From Centroscyllium fabricii (Eukaryota): a stretch of DNA of 64,000 nt. Where the stretch lies: positions 63,736,001 to 63,800,000 of the forward strand of contig JBNRSN020000017.1 of NCBI GenBank assembly GCA_051313645.2, in the 5' to 3' direction. Both the position numbers and the translations under genes were made by a program. This document shows, piece after piece, positions 26,368-39,017 of the stretch. The notes beneath the pieces were generated by a model. The model saw only the letters and a program-made list of their open reading frames with translations. It searched no databases and was not told the DNA's origin. Each line of letters opens with the position of its first letter. Within the stretch, counting starts at the first letter, position 1.

Positions 26368-26963
26368 AGATGCAAGACTGCTCTGCTCTTTTGTCTGTGA
26401 AGCTCTTAATGTGCAATGAGATTTGGTTATTTCAATCCAACAGACGCCTCCAATTTTTGGCACTAAATTAGCAAATTTGGCCACTGGTGATGTGTTAACC
26501 ATGTTTTTAAGCTATGAGGGGAAAGTTACAGAAAATATATTTTATTCACACTGGATTTTCAAAATTGGATTAATACTATCCAAAAGATCAAATGGAGAAT
26601 AATGTATCTTGGTGTGATTACATGGTTGTCATCTTTTCCCCATCTCATTCTCTTTCCACCATCTTGTTCTTTCTTTCCCCCAACCCGACCCCTCTCCAAT
26701 CTATTATAAATGGTTTATAATGACAAAATTCTTCATGAATGTACCGCTTTAGAAATATTCTCAAATACACTGGTCTAGAGAAATATTGAGTATTGTAAAG
26801 ACTTTATGCTTTGAATCCTATGCTAGCAATGTATTTACCAGCATGGTACACTGGGCATGATCAAGTTTGGTTTACCAATAGGTATCTAACTCTATTGAGA
26901 TGAATCGGTCATGGGAACAAACCTGAAATCATTAATTGGCTAATATTTTCTGCATCATACCAG

Positions 26964-27101
26964 GATCTCGAAGAGCAACTTGATGAAGAGGAAGGAGCTC
27001 GGCAGAAGCTTCAACTCGAGAAAGTAACGGCAGAGGCTAAAATCAAGAAAGTTGAAGAAGACGTCTTGCTGCTGGAGGACCAGAATTCAAAATTGGCCAA
27101 A
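26964..27101 (+). CDS. MYH10: MYH10 exon 12/29 (rod)
   Basis: ccag|GAT...AAA|gtgagt, 138 nt; [29 protein letters not shown]...QNSKLAK. Confidence 0.95.
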
Positions 27102-27283
27102 GTGAGTTGCGGTATTGATTTAGAATTGCAAAATGGTGTGTTTTGAAAATTATAGCAACTTCAATCACCAAGTCAAAGACCTTTTATGCCATGAACATTT
27201 TATTGATAACACCTTTATAAAAATAAAAAATAAAAAATTAATAATAATTACTGAACGAATGTTCTGGGAGTTGAATTGTAATA

Positions 27284-27649
27284 CAGGTTGAGCACAGTTA
27301 ATCCGGCACCCTTGGGACCAGGCCGGTGCCAGACCACTGAAAATTCCGGACCACTGAAGGTTCGAGGGGAGCGCGCGGGTAGAACACTCCCCGGGGCCCG
27401 GCGTGCGTGGTAGAACATTCCCCAGGAGGGAGCCCGGGGATAGAACACTTATAACATGTAAAAAAAAAACACAGAACCCCAAACATGTAAAAAAAAAAAC
27501 CACAGAACCCCAAACGCCCGACACCTTCGGCGCTCGCTCACCCTTCCCGGGAAACAGTGGCGCCGCCAAGCAGCTGCTCCGCAAAATGAAGAGCGCCGAT
27601 TTCCAATCGTGCCGGACCATCGGGTGCCGGATTACCGCTGCTCAACCTG
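27284..27649 (-). mobile_element. pogo/Tigger-like MITE, core type B (inverted copy)
   Basis: TA|CAGGTTGAGCAC...TGCTCAACCTG|TA; reverse complement of the 16163 core. Confidence 0.9.
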
Positions 27650-27752
27650 TACTTAATTACTGTATTACAGATCTCATTCAGGACATCACATCTAATATGT
27701 GTCTCTTTCAATATTCATTGTTCCTTTGGTTTATTCTCTCTCTCTCTGTCTC

Positions 27753-27975
27753 TGGTGAACTGCTGTTTGTATACAGTTGCCTTTTGCCTGTGTATACATG
27801 CTCGGGCATGCCTGAAGCTGACTCCGCCCCTAGCCTACCTGATAAAGGCCAAGCTCCGGGAGCCTGGCCCAGTACAAGGAGTCGCCATTCAGTCTAAGGA
27901 TGTCCAGGGTTCTTGGTGAATAAAAGCCTCAGTTGTATTCTCAACCTCGCCTCAAGTATAATTGATCGCGCATCA
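27753..27975 (+). mobile_element. Probable solo LTR (about 223 bp)
   Basis: TGGTG...CATCA termini, AATAAA near the 3' end, flanks gtctc/ctctc (1 mismatch). Confidence 0.5.
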
Positions 27976-28092
27976 CTCTCTCGCTCTCGTTTTCCCTATT
28001 CTCTTTTTTTCTCCTCTCTTTCTCTTTTTTTTTTCTCCTTCTCTTTCTCCTTTTTCTTTTTTTTTCTTTTTTTTCCTTTTTTTTTTCTTCTC
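27976..28092 (+). repeat. Polypyrimidine low-complexity tract
   Basis: About 115 nt of almost pure T/C. Confidence 0.85.
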
Positions 28093-28434
28093 TCAAAATT
28101 TTTTTTCCACTGAGCATTCCTCAGCAACTGAGGACCAATGAAAATTGTTTTGTGAAGGGTGGTTGTAATGATGAGTTGCAGTTGAGATCTTTTGGAACAA
28201 TTCTTCTTAATGGGATTCAAGTACTTTAACATACCCAACCAGGGATCTCATTAAAGTTACTACTTTAATTATTCCATTCTGACTTGAATTATAGATAATT
28301 GACTTGTAGTTTTTCCTATTTTCATTCGAGTAGTTTGGGATTTGAAGTTATCTGGAAAGCAGCTGGTTTGTGAATATGGAAATCCATTCTCGAATTAAAT
28401 ACTGGCCTCATTCAAAATACTTTTTTTTAAATAG

Positions 28435-28558
28435 GAGAAAAAATTGTTTGAAGACCGTATTTCTGAGTTTACATCCCAGTTGGCAGAGGAGGAGGAAAAG
28501 GCCAAGAACTTGAGTAAAATCAAGAACAAGCAGGAAATGATGATTACAGATTTGGAAG
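28435..28558 (+). CDS. MYH10: MYH10 exon 13/29 (rod)
   Basis: atag|GAG...G|gtgagg, 124 nt; [41 protein letters not shown]. Confidence 0.95.
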
Positions 28559-28687
28559 GTGAGGAGGCCGCGGTGCAAAGTCTGTCCTGACATCGGGCCC
28601 AAAGAATCAAAATGGCACAATGACCTTCAGTAGATGTAACTATGATGCACTTGAATAATTCATCCTGAAGATGTGTTGGGCCTGAAG

Positions 28688-30240
28688 TAGAAACATAAAA
28701 GATAGGAGTAGGCCACTCGGCCCCTCGAGCCGGCTCCGCCATTCAATGAGATCATGGCTGATCGTCCAAATCCAGTACCCCGTCCCTGCCCCCTCCCCAT
28801 ATCCCTTGATCCCTTTAGCCTTAAGAAATATATCCAACTCTTTCTGGAATATATTTAATGAATTGGCCTCTACTGCCTTCTGTGGTAGAGAATTCCACAG
28901 GTTCACCACTCTCTGGGTGAAGAAATTCCTCCTCGTCTCTGTCCTAAATGGCTTACCCCTTGTCCTTGGACTGTGACCCCTGGTTCTATGCTCCCCCCAC
29001 ACCCCCCCACCACCATCAGGAACATTCTTCCTGCATCTAGTCTGTCCAGTCCTGTTTGAATTTTATAAGTTTCAATGAGCTCCCCTGTCATTCTTCTAAA
29101 CTCCAGTGAGTATAAGCCCAATCGACCCAATCTCTCCTCGTATGTCATTCCTGCCATCCCAGGTATCAGCCTGGTGAATGTTCGTTGCACTCCTTCCATG
29201 GCAAGAACATCCTTCCTCAGATAAGGTGACCAAAACTGCACACAATACTGAAGATGTGGTCTCACCAAGGCCCTGTACAACTGCAGCAAGACATCCTTGT
29301 TCCTGTACTCAAATCCTCTCACTACGAAGGCCAACATATCATTTGCCTTCTTAACAGCCTGCTGTACCTGCATGCTTACCTTCAGCGACTGGTGCACAAG
29401 GACGCCCAGGTCTTGTTGCACTTCCCCTTCTCCCAATCTATTGCCATTCAGATAATCTGCCGCCTTGTTTTTGACACCAAAGTGGATAACCTCTCATTTA
29501 TCCACCTTGTATTGCTTCTGCCTGCATCTGCCATGCTTCTGCCCAATCACCCAACCTGTCCAAATCACACGAGTTTCTCGTTATCCTCCTCACAGCACAC
29601 ATGCCCACCCAGCTTTCATAGAATCATAGCATCCCTACAGTGCAGATAGAGGCCATTTTGGCCCATCGAGCCTGCACCGACACATATCCCACCCTATCCC
29701 CGTAACCCCACATATTTAATCCCCCGAACACTAAGGGTCAATTTATCCTGGCCAATCAACCTAACCCACGCATCTTTGGACTGTGGGAGGAAACCGGAGC
29801 ACCCAGAGGAAACCCACGCAGACACGGGGAGAATGTGCAAACTCCACACAGATAGTCACCCAAGGTAGGATTTGAACCCGGGCCGCTAGCACTGTGAAGC
29901 AACAGTGCTAACCAATATGCCACCGTGCCGCCCAAGTTTGCAGACGGCTTTGTGCCATCTGCAAACTTGGAGATATTACATCTAGTTCCCTTGTCCAGAT
30001 CATTAATATATATATTGTGAATGGCTGGGGTCCAAGGACCAATTCTTGCGGTACCCCACTAGTCACAGCCTGCCACTCGGAAAAAGAGCCGTTTATTCCA
30101 ACTCTTTGCTTTCTGTCTGCCAACCAGTTCTCTGTCCAAGTCAATACCTTGCCCCCAATCCCATATGCCTTAATTTTACATAATCTCTTTGCGGGACCTT
30201 ATCGAACGCCTTTTGAAAGTCCAAGTACACCACATCCACT
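28688..30240 (-). mobile_element. CR1 LINE 3' fragment, interrupted by a V-SINE
   Basis: ORF fragments [41 protein letters not shown]; same family as 40814-41695. Confidence 0.92.
29617..29933 (-). mobile_element. Full-length HE1-type V-SINE, tail type 1
   Basis: tRNA-like head GGGCGGCACGGTGGCATATTGGTTAGC, B box, V-domain, tail gggccaaaatggcctctatctgcactgtagggatgctatgattctatg. Confidence 0.92.
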
Positions 30241-31145
30241 TTGTGGTGCTTAAATGTGAATTTTGACTGTTGAAAAATCGGAAATAAAAAACAAAAATGC
30301 AACCAAGTTAACCAACCAAAATGGAAAGCTGTTCATATTTCAAGTGTAACTCACCAGAACTGATCCCAGAATGTTCTGTTTCCACAAAATAGGCAATTAA
30401 TGGTTTTAATGGCCAGGGTTGGGTGGGGGAGAAAGAGGAAAGTCTATGTTAAATGAATCCTGCATGGGACCCAGGTGGAGTTGGCTTGCAGGGTGTGATG
30501 GCCTCTTGTTGCTGTGAACTTTTTTCTTCATACAGTACCCATTTTATGCGCCCTGCTGTATTATGCGTTATCAAGTTCATAGTAAGAAAAGTTCATTTGC
30601 TTCAGCTTTACCCTGTTTAGTTGTCGTACTGAAATATCGGCTCTTAACTCTGATTCTTTGGGGATGGTTACCACAAGGTTTCTTTTAAGATTTTACCCCT
30701 TGTATTCCCTTCCTGTTATAGTTGCTGAATTATGCCTGAGATATGGTTTCAGCAGTCATACCTTTTGCTTTGTGCAAGTGGCTATCTCTTTGTGAATGTT
30801 TAACTGGGGATATCATTGTCAAATCTCCTCTTGTCCCAATGCGCGATCCGCACGCACCACTTTTCCGCAGGGGTCGCCGGATAGCAGTCAGTAGTGAGAA
30901 CTCCGACAACTTATTTCAAATCTGTTTTCGCCCCCAGATTGGAGCAGCTTGGTATTCTGAAAGCTTGAGTTTTGCACCTTAAATGGGTTTCATTTTTAGT
31001 TTGTGTATGATCTAGTTGTCAGAGGACTCGATCAAAATTGTAGTCTAACAAGTGCAGTTGTTAAAATTCATGTTTACGTGGGAATATAGAATTAAATATT
31101 TTTAAGGCTGTCCTTTCTAGCCGCTCACAATGTTGTTTTGTGCAG

Positions 31146-31317
31146 AACATTTGAAGAAGGAGGAGAAAACCCGACAAGAACTGGAAAAATCAAAGCGGAA
31201 GCTGGATGGTGAAACGACTGATCTGCAAGATCAAATTGCTGAGCTGCAGCAGCAGATCGAGGAGCTGAAGTTTCAACTGGCAAAGAAAGAGGAGGAGCTG
31301 CAGGCTGCCCTTGCCAG
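31146..31317 (+). CDS. MYH10: MYH10 exon 14/29 (rod)
   Basis: gcag|AACAT...AG|gtctga, 172 nt; [33 protein letters not shown]...LQAALAR. Confidence 0.95.
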
Positions 31318-31537
31318 GTCTGAGACTTAAAATTCCTCCTCCTGACGAGTAAATTTCACATTTGGAAAATATGTTGGTCACCCCTCAAAGATGGGTTTTT
31401 AACTTTCTAAACTTCACAGGCACAGTTGGGCATCTTTTTCACATTTCCATTGCAGTGTTTTAAAATGCTGTTTTTGGTTTTTAACCACAGATGAGTTAAT
31501 CTATAGATGCAAAGTGGCCTGTTGAACTCCACACCAA

Positions 31538-32119
31538 GGGCTGGATTTTATCAATGGAGGTGTGAAGGAAGCGGGACTAAAACTTTTGGGGTTGTAGTCC
31601 CGCCTCCATCGAGTTGTAGCCAACCCACTCGATTTTCACTTGATTGACCTTGTTGAGTCCGCCTAGTGGGCTCAGCAGGCCAATTAAGGGCCACCTGGCA
31701 ACCGGTGACTTCACAGATTGACATTTCATCTGTCGAGCTTTTGACACATGAAATATCAGCGTTTGACAGCTCTTTGAAGTTGTCAAACACTGACAATCTG
31801 AAGTTAATTCCTCCCTCTCAGGCTGATTTAGAGAGATCTCCATTGTGGTTTAGAGCCGTCGGGAAGCCCACACTTCAGGGATAAAAATAGGGATTAGGCT
31901 TAAAACTGGCTGTTAACTACCTGTTAACAGGCAGTTAGTTGGCACTAATCCCCTTCCCGCCTCTGAGGCGGGTCCCAGTGCGGGGCGGGTATCTGCCTCC
32001 TGTGAAACGGGCATGGAGGTTGGTTGGGGGCGGGATGAGTTCATGCCCCCCGATTTCATGATTTTAACCCCCCACGCGCCTCCATTCCCACCTCAGTGGC
32101 CCAATGCAATTTGAGACCC
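31538..32119. mobile_element. Degenerate GC-ended MITE
   Basis: GGGCTGGATTTTA left end and ATTTGAGACCC right end; GC-rich subtermini; repeated TGACA/TGTCA in the core. Confidence 0.5.
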
Positions 32120-33608
32120 AAATGTCTGAGTTTGAATGATAGTTGTCGTTTGGATTTAAACTCTACCAATTTGTGTCTCATAAGATGTAAGAGCAGGTTG
32201 TTTGGCCCCTGAGCCTGCTCCGCCATTCTCTCTTCACTGAGGGGACAATTCGGGAACTGCTAAAAGCCACAATTGAAGGACTTGACTATTTTGGGGGGGG
32301 GGGTGCAGAGAAAGGGAAAGCGTGTGAGAAACTGACCGAATCAATCCCATCCCACAAATCTTTACACTTCACTAATTAATGACCAGAACCTCTGAAGTTC
32401 GTGAATGGCGTCTTGCTCACTCAGTTGAAAGAAGCAATGTTCTAGAAGGAGGCAGCGGTAGAAGAGTTCAAAGGAAAAAGTAGGGCAGTTTTTTAAAATC
32501 CAGTTTTCCCATCCGAATAGTACAGCAAAATAACTTTCCCTTTACAGTAATGTGCACTGGTTTCAGACCATTGTCCAGGAAACCTTGTGGATTAAGTGGT
32601 TCAGCAGCAGTGTTATGTAGTGGCGCTTGTGAATTGTCATACCATCCTGAAGTGTGCGCACTTCTAGTCTGTCTGGGCATAGAGTGCTCTGTCAAGAGGA
32701 TGTAGATCTATTTTCAATTCGTTTTAAGAAGCTGCTCTAAACATTTAGTGTAGCCAAATAGAAACGGTGCCATGCCAAAGAGTACTCGATTTAAAACAAG
32801 GCATGTGCACATGTTCTTTGGTACAGTATATAAACCTTGAATTTGAGAAGCTGGTATGTAGTTCCATTCACTTGGGGAAAACTGTGTACAGCTGATCCAG
32901 ATTTAGATAATCTAGCAGTTCCTCTCTACCTGGCTTAAATAGCTAAGCAGGCAAAACAAAACTGTTGTCAAGGGGTGTGTTAGAGTTTATATTAATTTTG
33001 GGAAGCCCCATAAAAAGGAAACTGTAGTGTTTGGTGTCCTTCCCCATTAGCATGCTGAGCATGGTTATTGAAACATTTAATGTAAATCTGTAATTCTGTG
33101 GATTGTGATAAAATAGAAATCTTTTGGGAGCTTTACAACATTGAATTTGCAACCTCAGTGAACACATTTTCCTTCAATATGTGTAGCATTAATGTGAAAA
33201 AATCTCTAAGCAATAGCCATGTTTGCCAGTTTAGAGAATTTAAAATGATATTCATTTCTGCACTTGAAACAGGATATTGCTACTGAAATGTCTGTGCAAA
33301 CTATTATTTAATGTTTGAATTTACTAATCTTTCAAAGCTGTTTCCATATTGACCTTTTTCCTGAACCTAGTCAGAATCTACATCATTCTGTACCATGAAT
33401 CATTGGTTGTAAACTGTATGATTACTGCTGTAATCTGCTCCATGAACATCAAATCTGCACTACAATATTTTAAATTCTGTTTTAAATGGTGGCTCACATG
33501 TGGATTATTACTTGAACTTGGCCTAAAATGTCTACCTGCATGAACTCTCTATGTAAGCATCCCTAATGAGTTCACGAATGTATGCTGTATTCTTGAATCT
33601 ACTTTCAG

Positions 33609-33821
33609 AGGGGATGATGAAGCTGCTCAGAAGAATAATGCTCTCAAACAGATCCGGGAGCTGCAGGTCCAGATTTCTGAGCTGCAGGAAGATCTGGAAT
33701 CGGAGAAGGGTGCCCGCAACAAAGCTGACAAGCAGAAGAGAGACCTGAGTGAAGAGCTGGAAGCTTTGAAGACTGAACTGGAGGATACTTTGGATACCAC
33801 GGCAGCCCAACAGGAACTAAG
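33609..33821 (+). CDS. MYH10: MYH10 exon 15/29 (rod)
   Basis: tcag|AGGG...AG|gtgaag, 213 nt; [18 protein letters not shown]...[15 protein letters not shown]. Confidence 0.95.
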
Positions 33822-34907
33822 GTGAAGCCAGCTATTGAACTGGAGACAAATAAATATAGGTTGATTGCAAACATAGATGACATGCTTGGTTATACAAATT
33901 TAGATTTATATGAAGTTTTGTAATCTAATGCATTTTGCTATCAGACTTATTTTAATCGCATTAGTTTAAAACAAAACGTACTGAACTTTGAACAGACTGC
34001 TTTACACATAGCTCTGACCAACTGGTATCTTTAAAACAATGGCTTAGACCTTAATGGGATTTTGTGAATGAAATGCACGTAAAATAACTCTATGTAACCT
34101 GTATGCTGCACTAGAAAAGATCTCCACTTGGAATGCACCACAAGTGTTCAAAGATTTACTCATTGCAGAAAGAAAATATAAACAAAATATAAAAATTCCT
34201 GACTAAATTTACAGTGGTGCCAGAATTGAACAAGTTACAGAAGGATCTTAACCTATTTGAACTGAAAATGCTGTAGCTAAGTTTGTTTGCTTTGATTCAG
34301 ATAGCATCCACTTGCGCTGTACATGAGGATAGATTTTTTGAGTACTGACCCATGGCAATGTTTCTGACTTAATACCAGTGCATTTTGGAAAACTGCAGCC
34401 AATCTGCACTGGTGGCAGGCAAGGACTTAGAAATGTACCCTATTATCTGCACTTTGCTTTTGCATAAAATCATAAATTGTTTAACTTGATAATCTACAGA
34501 AAACATTTCATAGTGAGTGTTCATCTCACATCTTGTTTCCCCCCCAAAAAACCCACATTGGAGTGAATTATCAGCAGAATGCAGCTTAAAAGCTATTCTA
34601 GATTAACATTTCATAGATCTTGTGATATGTAATCAAGCCAGTTTCTTTCTTTTATTTTGACTATCTTCCACCACTTCCTCCTGTTTTGAATGTGAGGTCT
34701 TGCACTGGAATATGATTCCACGGGGACTGGCATCTTTCAGGTATCTCATGCAGCTGGCTATTTGTTTTTGCTTTAATTCTGGACAATGGGAATCGGCAGG
34801 TGTAATGACTGGGGATTATCACCGCTAAGCCTGATCTGTCCATGCACATACACCTCCAACCCTGGAACCTTCCTGTTCTGTGTGCCCAGTGTCACATCAT
34901 GCTAGTA

Positions 34908-35246
34908 CAGGTCCACAACCCCTTACCCGAAATTCAAAAAGCTCTGAAAACTGAGGTTTCTTCGTGGAGCGTCACTCGTGTGCACGGCATGACCCAAGTT
35001 GCGCCAAGCATGACCCGACGCGGCCGACACTTGACCCACGCAGGTGAGGCGTCAGTTGTGTCTCAGCGCTGCTACCAGTTGCACGTGCTTCTGCTGCTCA
35101 CTGATATTTTTTGTTATTTTGTGATTTTGAGTTTAATTTCACTGGAAAATGTCAGGGCTGCAGATACCCCTACCGTTCTGAATTCCGAAACAAAATTCCG
35201 AAACACATCTGGCCCCAAGGGTTTCGGATAAGGGATTGTGGATCTG
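34908..35246. mobile_element. pogo/Tigger MITE with MER46C-like termini
   Basis: TA|CAGGTCCACAACCCCTTACCCGAAA...TTTCGGATAAGGGATTGTGGATCTG|TA; 339 bp. Confidence 0.85.
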
Positions 35247-35367
35247 TACCTTTACAGATTTTGAGAGGTTGATAGAAATGTGCCTTCAAATTGATAACTT
35301 GAGTAAAGTGAGTCAATATTTTTGGAAAACAAATACATGCTAAATGCCCTCTTGAAATCCATTACAG

Positions 35368-35512
35368 GACCAAACGTGAACAGGAGGTCACTGAGCTGAA
35401 GAAGGCCATTGAAGAAGAGACCAAGGCCCATGAAGTTCAAATCCAGGATATCCGCCAGAGACATGGCACTGCCCTGGAGGAGGTCTCCGAACAACTTGAA
35501 CAAGCCAAGAGA
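35368..35512 (+). CDS. MYH10: MYH10 exon 16/29 (rod)
   Basis: acag|GACC...AGA|gtcagt, 145 nt; [19 protein letters not shown]...EQLEQAKR. Confidence 0.95.
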
Positions 35513-36004
35513 GTCAGTACCATGAGACGTTCTAACTTTCACAAAAGAAATTGCATTTTGAAGTTGAAGCATGGAATGCTGCAGCACAGAAACACACCAC
35601 TTGGCCCATTTACGACCGCAATGCTTTTTACACAATCCATGCGTGCAACAGAACATTTGGCTTCAATTTAAATTGGCAGATGCTGGGAGATGGGGAAAGA
35701 GATGATGGGCAAATTTACAAAATATTTTCCATATCATTTACTAGTTGCTAACACGGCGATAGTTGCCAAGAATTTATAAGGAAATTTGGACTGAGAACAA
35801 GTATGACACAAAATATAACGCAAACTAGTTTCAGGAGGAGCCCAGAATTATTATTTCTTGAATAAACCTTTTGTTCTCGCCTGCAATGAGTTGCATTGTT
35901 TTGCCCTATAGTTCTGGTGAACACTTAAACTTGGGTGCAAGTTCACGCTTGTAGTTAAATACGACCTTTTTATATCTCATCTTCTGTTTCCACTTCATAA
36001 ACAG

Positions 36005-36211
36005 CACAAAGTCAATTTGGAGAAGAGCAAACAGAGCTTAGAAAATGATAACAAAGAGTTGGCCAGTGAGGTGAAGAGTTTGCAGCACGGAAAAGCGGAG
36101 TCTGAACATAAAAGGAAGAAGCTTGAATCTCATGTACAGGAGCTCCAGGTCAAGTATACAGAAAGTGAAAAGGCAAAGTCTGAGCTTTTTGATAAAACTC
36201 ACAAGCTTCAG
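36005..36211 (+). CDS. MYH10: MYH10 exon 17/29 (rod)
   Basis: acag|CAC...CAG|gtaaga, 207 nt; [24 protein letters not shown]...KTHKLQ. Confidence 0.95.
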
Positions 36212-36331
36212 GTAAGACCAAATTTAACGGTATTGTTTGTTGGGTGTCCCATGCGAATATTTAAATTTGCACTAGTTGAACCACAATAAATAGTAGACCA
36301 TTTTCTGTACTTTGGAACATGTTGGAACCCA

Positions 36332-37088
36332 GGGGGGTGCGTGAACAATTCAGTTGCTCCCCGTTTGGGACGCTAACCTCGGATTTGTGTTCCTTGTAGC
36401 GCCCAGAAAACATTTGCGCCGCTCCTCTGGAAATTGGGTTTTAGTGCCCCAAGTAGGAGGTGGGGCGCTACTGCAAGCGCCTGATCTCGCTCTTTAGGCA
36501 CTACGGCTCAATATCTGCCGCTGTGGGCCGCTGCGCCATGCTCTGCAGAGCGCCGCGCCGCGGTACTGCAGGCCTTCCTCCCCTGATTAAAGGGGAGTGG
36601 CCTAGTGCGGCTCGGGCCGGAGCCCTGTAGGACCGCCGGGGATCGCAATGCCGCCAAAGGAGCCCGGCACTCGAGGGAAGTGCCGGGCTCACGGAGCACA
36701 GCCAGCACTCTGCGGGGGGGCATCGGGGAAGGCTGGGGACAGCAGAGGGGGCAGGTACTGGCAGTCGGCCAGCAAGAAAAATGGCCGCCTGGCACCCCTC
36801 CCTTTATCAATCACACTCCCTGCTGCAAGTACGCCCCCTTGACCCTGTCGGTGACTGCGTCTGGCGGTATGGCAGCGGGCGCGACTGAAGTTTGCAGCCG
36901 GGGCTCGAGCGGGGTGCTGCGCGCTGCGATGACTTCATCGCCGGTGGTGCAGCGCTACTGGTTACCGCCCCCATCTGCGCCCCACTGAATATCACGAGAG
37001 GCGCCAGCCCAGGCTTGCGCCCCATTAGCAGCCCTCTTGGGACGCTAGCGGGAGGCACAAACAACTCATTTCCCCCCCCCCCCCCCCC
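36332..37088 (+). mobile_element. GC/CpG-rich MITE, same family as 22502-23204
   Basis: Shared blocks aaattgggtttt...cccaagtaggaggtgggg, ggggagtggcct, catcgccggtgg; TSD not clean. Confidence 0.75.
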
Positions 37089-37713
37089 ATGTTCTTGAAT
37101 TACATCCACTTCTGTAGTTGGTTTACATTTAATTGAGTGGGTTTGCATGTTGACTTTTTAAATTTTATTTTTGCTTGATAAAGTGAACATTAATTACTGT
37201 GACTGCTGATTTTTCAGTTAGCAGTTTTGCATCAAATTGAGAAATAAACTTTTGTCTTTGGTGCAGTGGCATATAAATTTACTCTTCAAACACCCACTGA
37301 AAATGATGGGCATATATGATAGATGGGAGCTCATTTTCAAATGCCACCTTGGCTATTCTCAAGAACCAGTTTTTGTATATTGATGAGAGTAAATCTAATT
37401 AATTCCAGATTTAGTTAGCTTCCGACAATCTTGACCATTTTTGGAAGATACTAAAGAAATCACAATTACCTTTTTTAGAATTTAATTTCCTGTTATCTGA
37501 CATGGAATATTAAAAATCAAGGTGGCAGTAGAATTGAACATGCACCTATTGGGCCATGATCTGGCACTGAATAGCTTTTAGCATTATTTGAGATATAGAA
37601 TTAAGATTGGGGTCAAGTAGATTTTCTTGTCAAATATGGAAAAACTGAAGGATCTGATGAGATTTGTTTTGCCAAGAGGTACACCGTGTGAATTTAACCC
37701 TGTCCATTCTTAG

Positions 37714-37818
37714 AATGAATTGGACAATGCCTCTGGGCTTCTCGAGGAAGCTGAGAAAAAAGCAATTAAACTAACGAAAGATACTGGCAATTTGGAATCT
37801 GCACTCCAAGATACACAG
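37714..37818 (+). CDS. MYH10: MYH10 exon 18/29 (rod)
   Basis: ttag|AAT...CAG|gtatgt, 105 nt; [35 protein letters not shown]. Confidence 0.94.
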
Positions 37819-38449
37819 GTATGTGAACTATCGCCATTAAATGTGAAGTCTTTTAACAAATATCCGTATCTTTAACCGACAGTTCAATTAATTTTCCTTA
37901 GTTGGGATGAGAAGTGGATCAGTTCATATAGGGTATCAATAATGTCTGAGGGGAGGAGTGCTTGAACTAAATAAGAATCTTAAAATGTTTCTCTTTCTTT
38001 GCCATAAGAGTGGCTTCATTATTAAAACACACCCAATCATGGAAATCCAAATACAAATGTCAGTATTTGAGCTCATACCCTGTGGATAAAATAAAGCTTT
38101 GAATTTTATTGGGGAGTAATTGTACCTTAGCCAACTGTGGGTTGAGTGATAAAATGGCAGGGCTTGTCCCACTGTTGGAATATACTTCATCTGTTTTTTG
38201 CTCCTATTAAAGCTGATTCTTGCAGCCTGGGAAGGTCTACTTCTATCTTTGAAAAATTATAGCTTTGCAAATTGGTGGGGGCCATGGGAGTGGGGGGGGG
38301 GGGGGGGAGAACAGAGATGCTATGGAAGGAAAGCGAGTATTTGAATGTCACTGACATTTTGAAGTTAACCAAGACCATTTAACCTGACACGACTTGAAGG
38401 TTTTTTTTTTTTTACAATGATCAATGGTGTGCAGCATTTTGTCTCTGTA

Positions 38450-38761
38450 CAGGTTGAGCACCGGTAATCCGGCACTCAATGGTCCGGCACCTTCAGTGGT
38501 TCGGCACGAATCGAAACCGGCGCTCTTCAGTTTGTGGAGCAGCCGCTCAGCAGCGCCACCATTTCCCGCGAAGGGTGGGCGAGCGCCGAAGGCTTCGGGC
38601 GATTGGGTTTCTGTTTTTTAGTGTACTATCCCCAGTCCCCGGGGAGTGTTCTACCTGCACGCTCCGGGCCCCGGGGAGTGTTCTACCCCCGAACCTTCAG
38701 TGGTTCAGATTTTTCAATGGTCCGGCACCGGCCTGGTGCCGGATTACCGGTGCTCAGCCTG
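38450..38761 (+). mobile_element. pogo/Tigger-like MITE, core type B
   Basis: TA|CAGGTTGAGCACCGGTAATCCGG...CCGGATTACCGGTGCTCAGCCTG|TG. Confidence 0.88.
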
Positions 38762-38864
38762 TGTTTCACTAATCACCAACAAAATCACTCTTTAATTTAG
38801 CAGAGATTTTCAAATATCTATATAAATATATATTGTCTTTGTGGAATATTTTACCTGTTAATAG

Positions 38865-39017
38865 GAACTGCTTCAGGAGGAGACACGGCAGAAATTGAAT
38901 CTCAGCAGTCGCATTCGACAGCTGGAAGAAGATAAGAACAATCTTCTAGAACAGCAAGAGGAAGAGGAAGAAGCAAAGAAGAACCTTGAAAAACAGTTAG
39001 CCACTCTCCATACGCAG
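38865..39017 (+). CDS. MYH10: MYH10 exon 19/29 (rod)
   Basis: atag|GAA...CAG|gtttgt, 153 nt; [25 protein letters not shown]...LATLHTQ. Confidence 0.95.

Noticed and set aside
25508-26416. 302-aa ORF as a novel gene
   Set aside because: Chance fusion of flank/LTR sequence to a frameshifted CR1 ORF2 fragment; the poly-Gly stretch comes from a poly-C run.
27913-28238. Lys/Arg-rich and Phe-rich ORFs
   Set aside because: Translations of a polypyrimidine tract.
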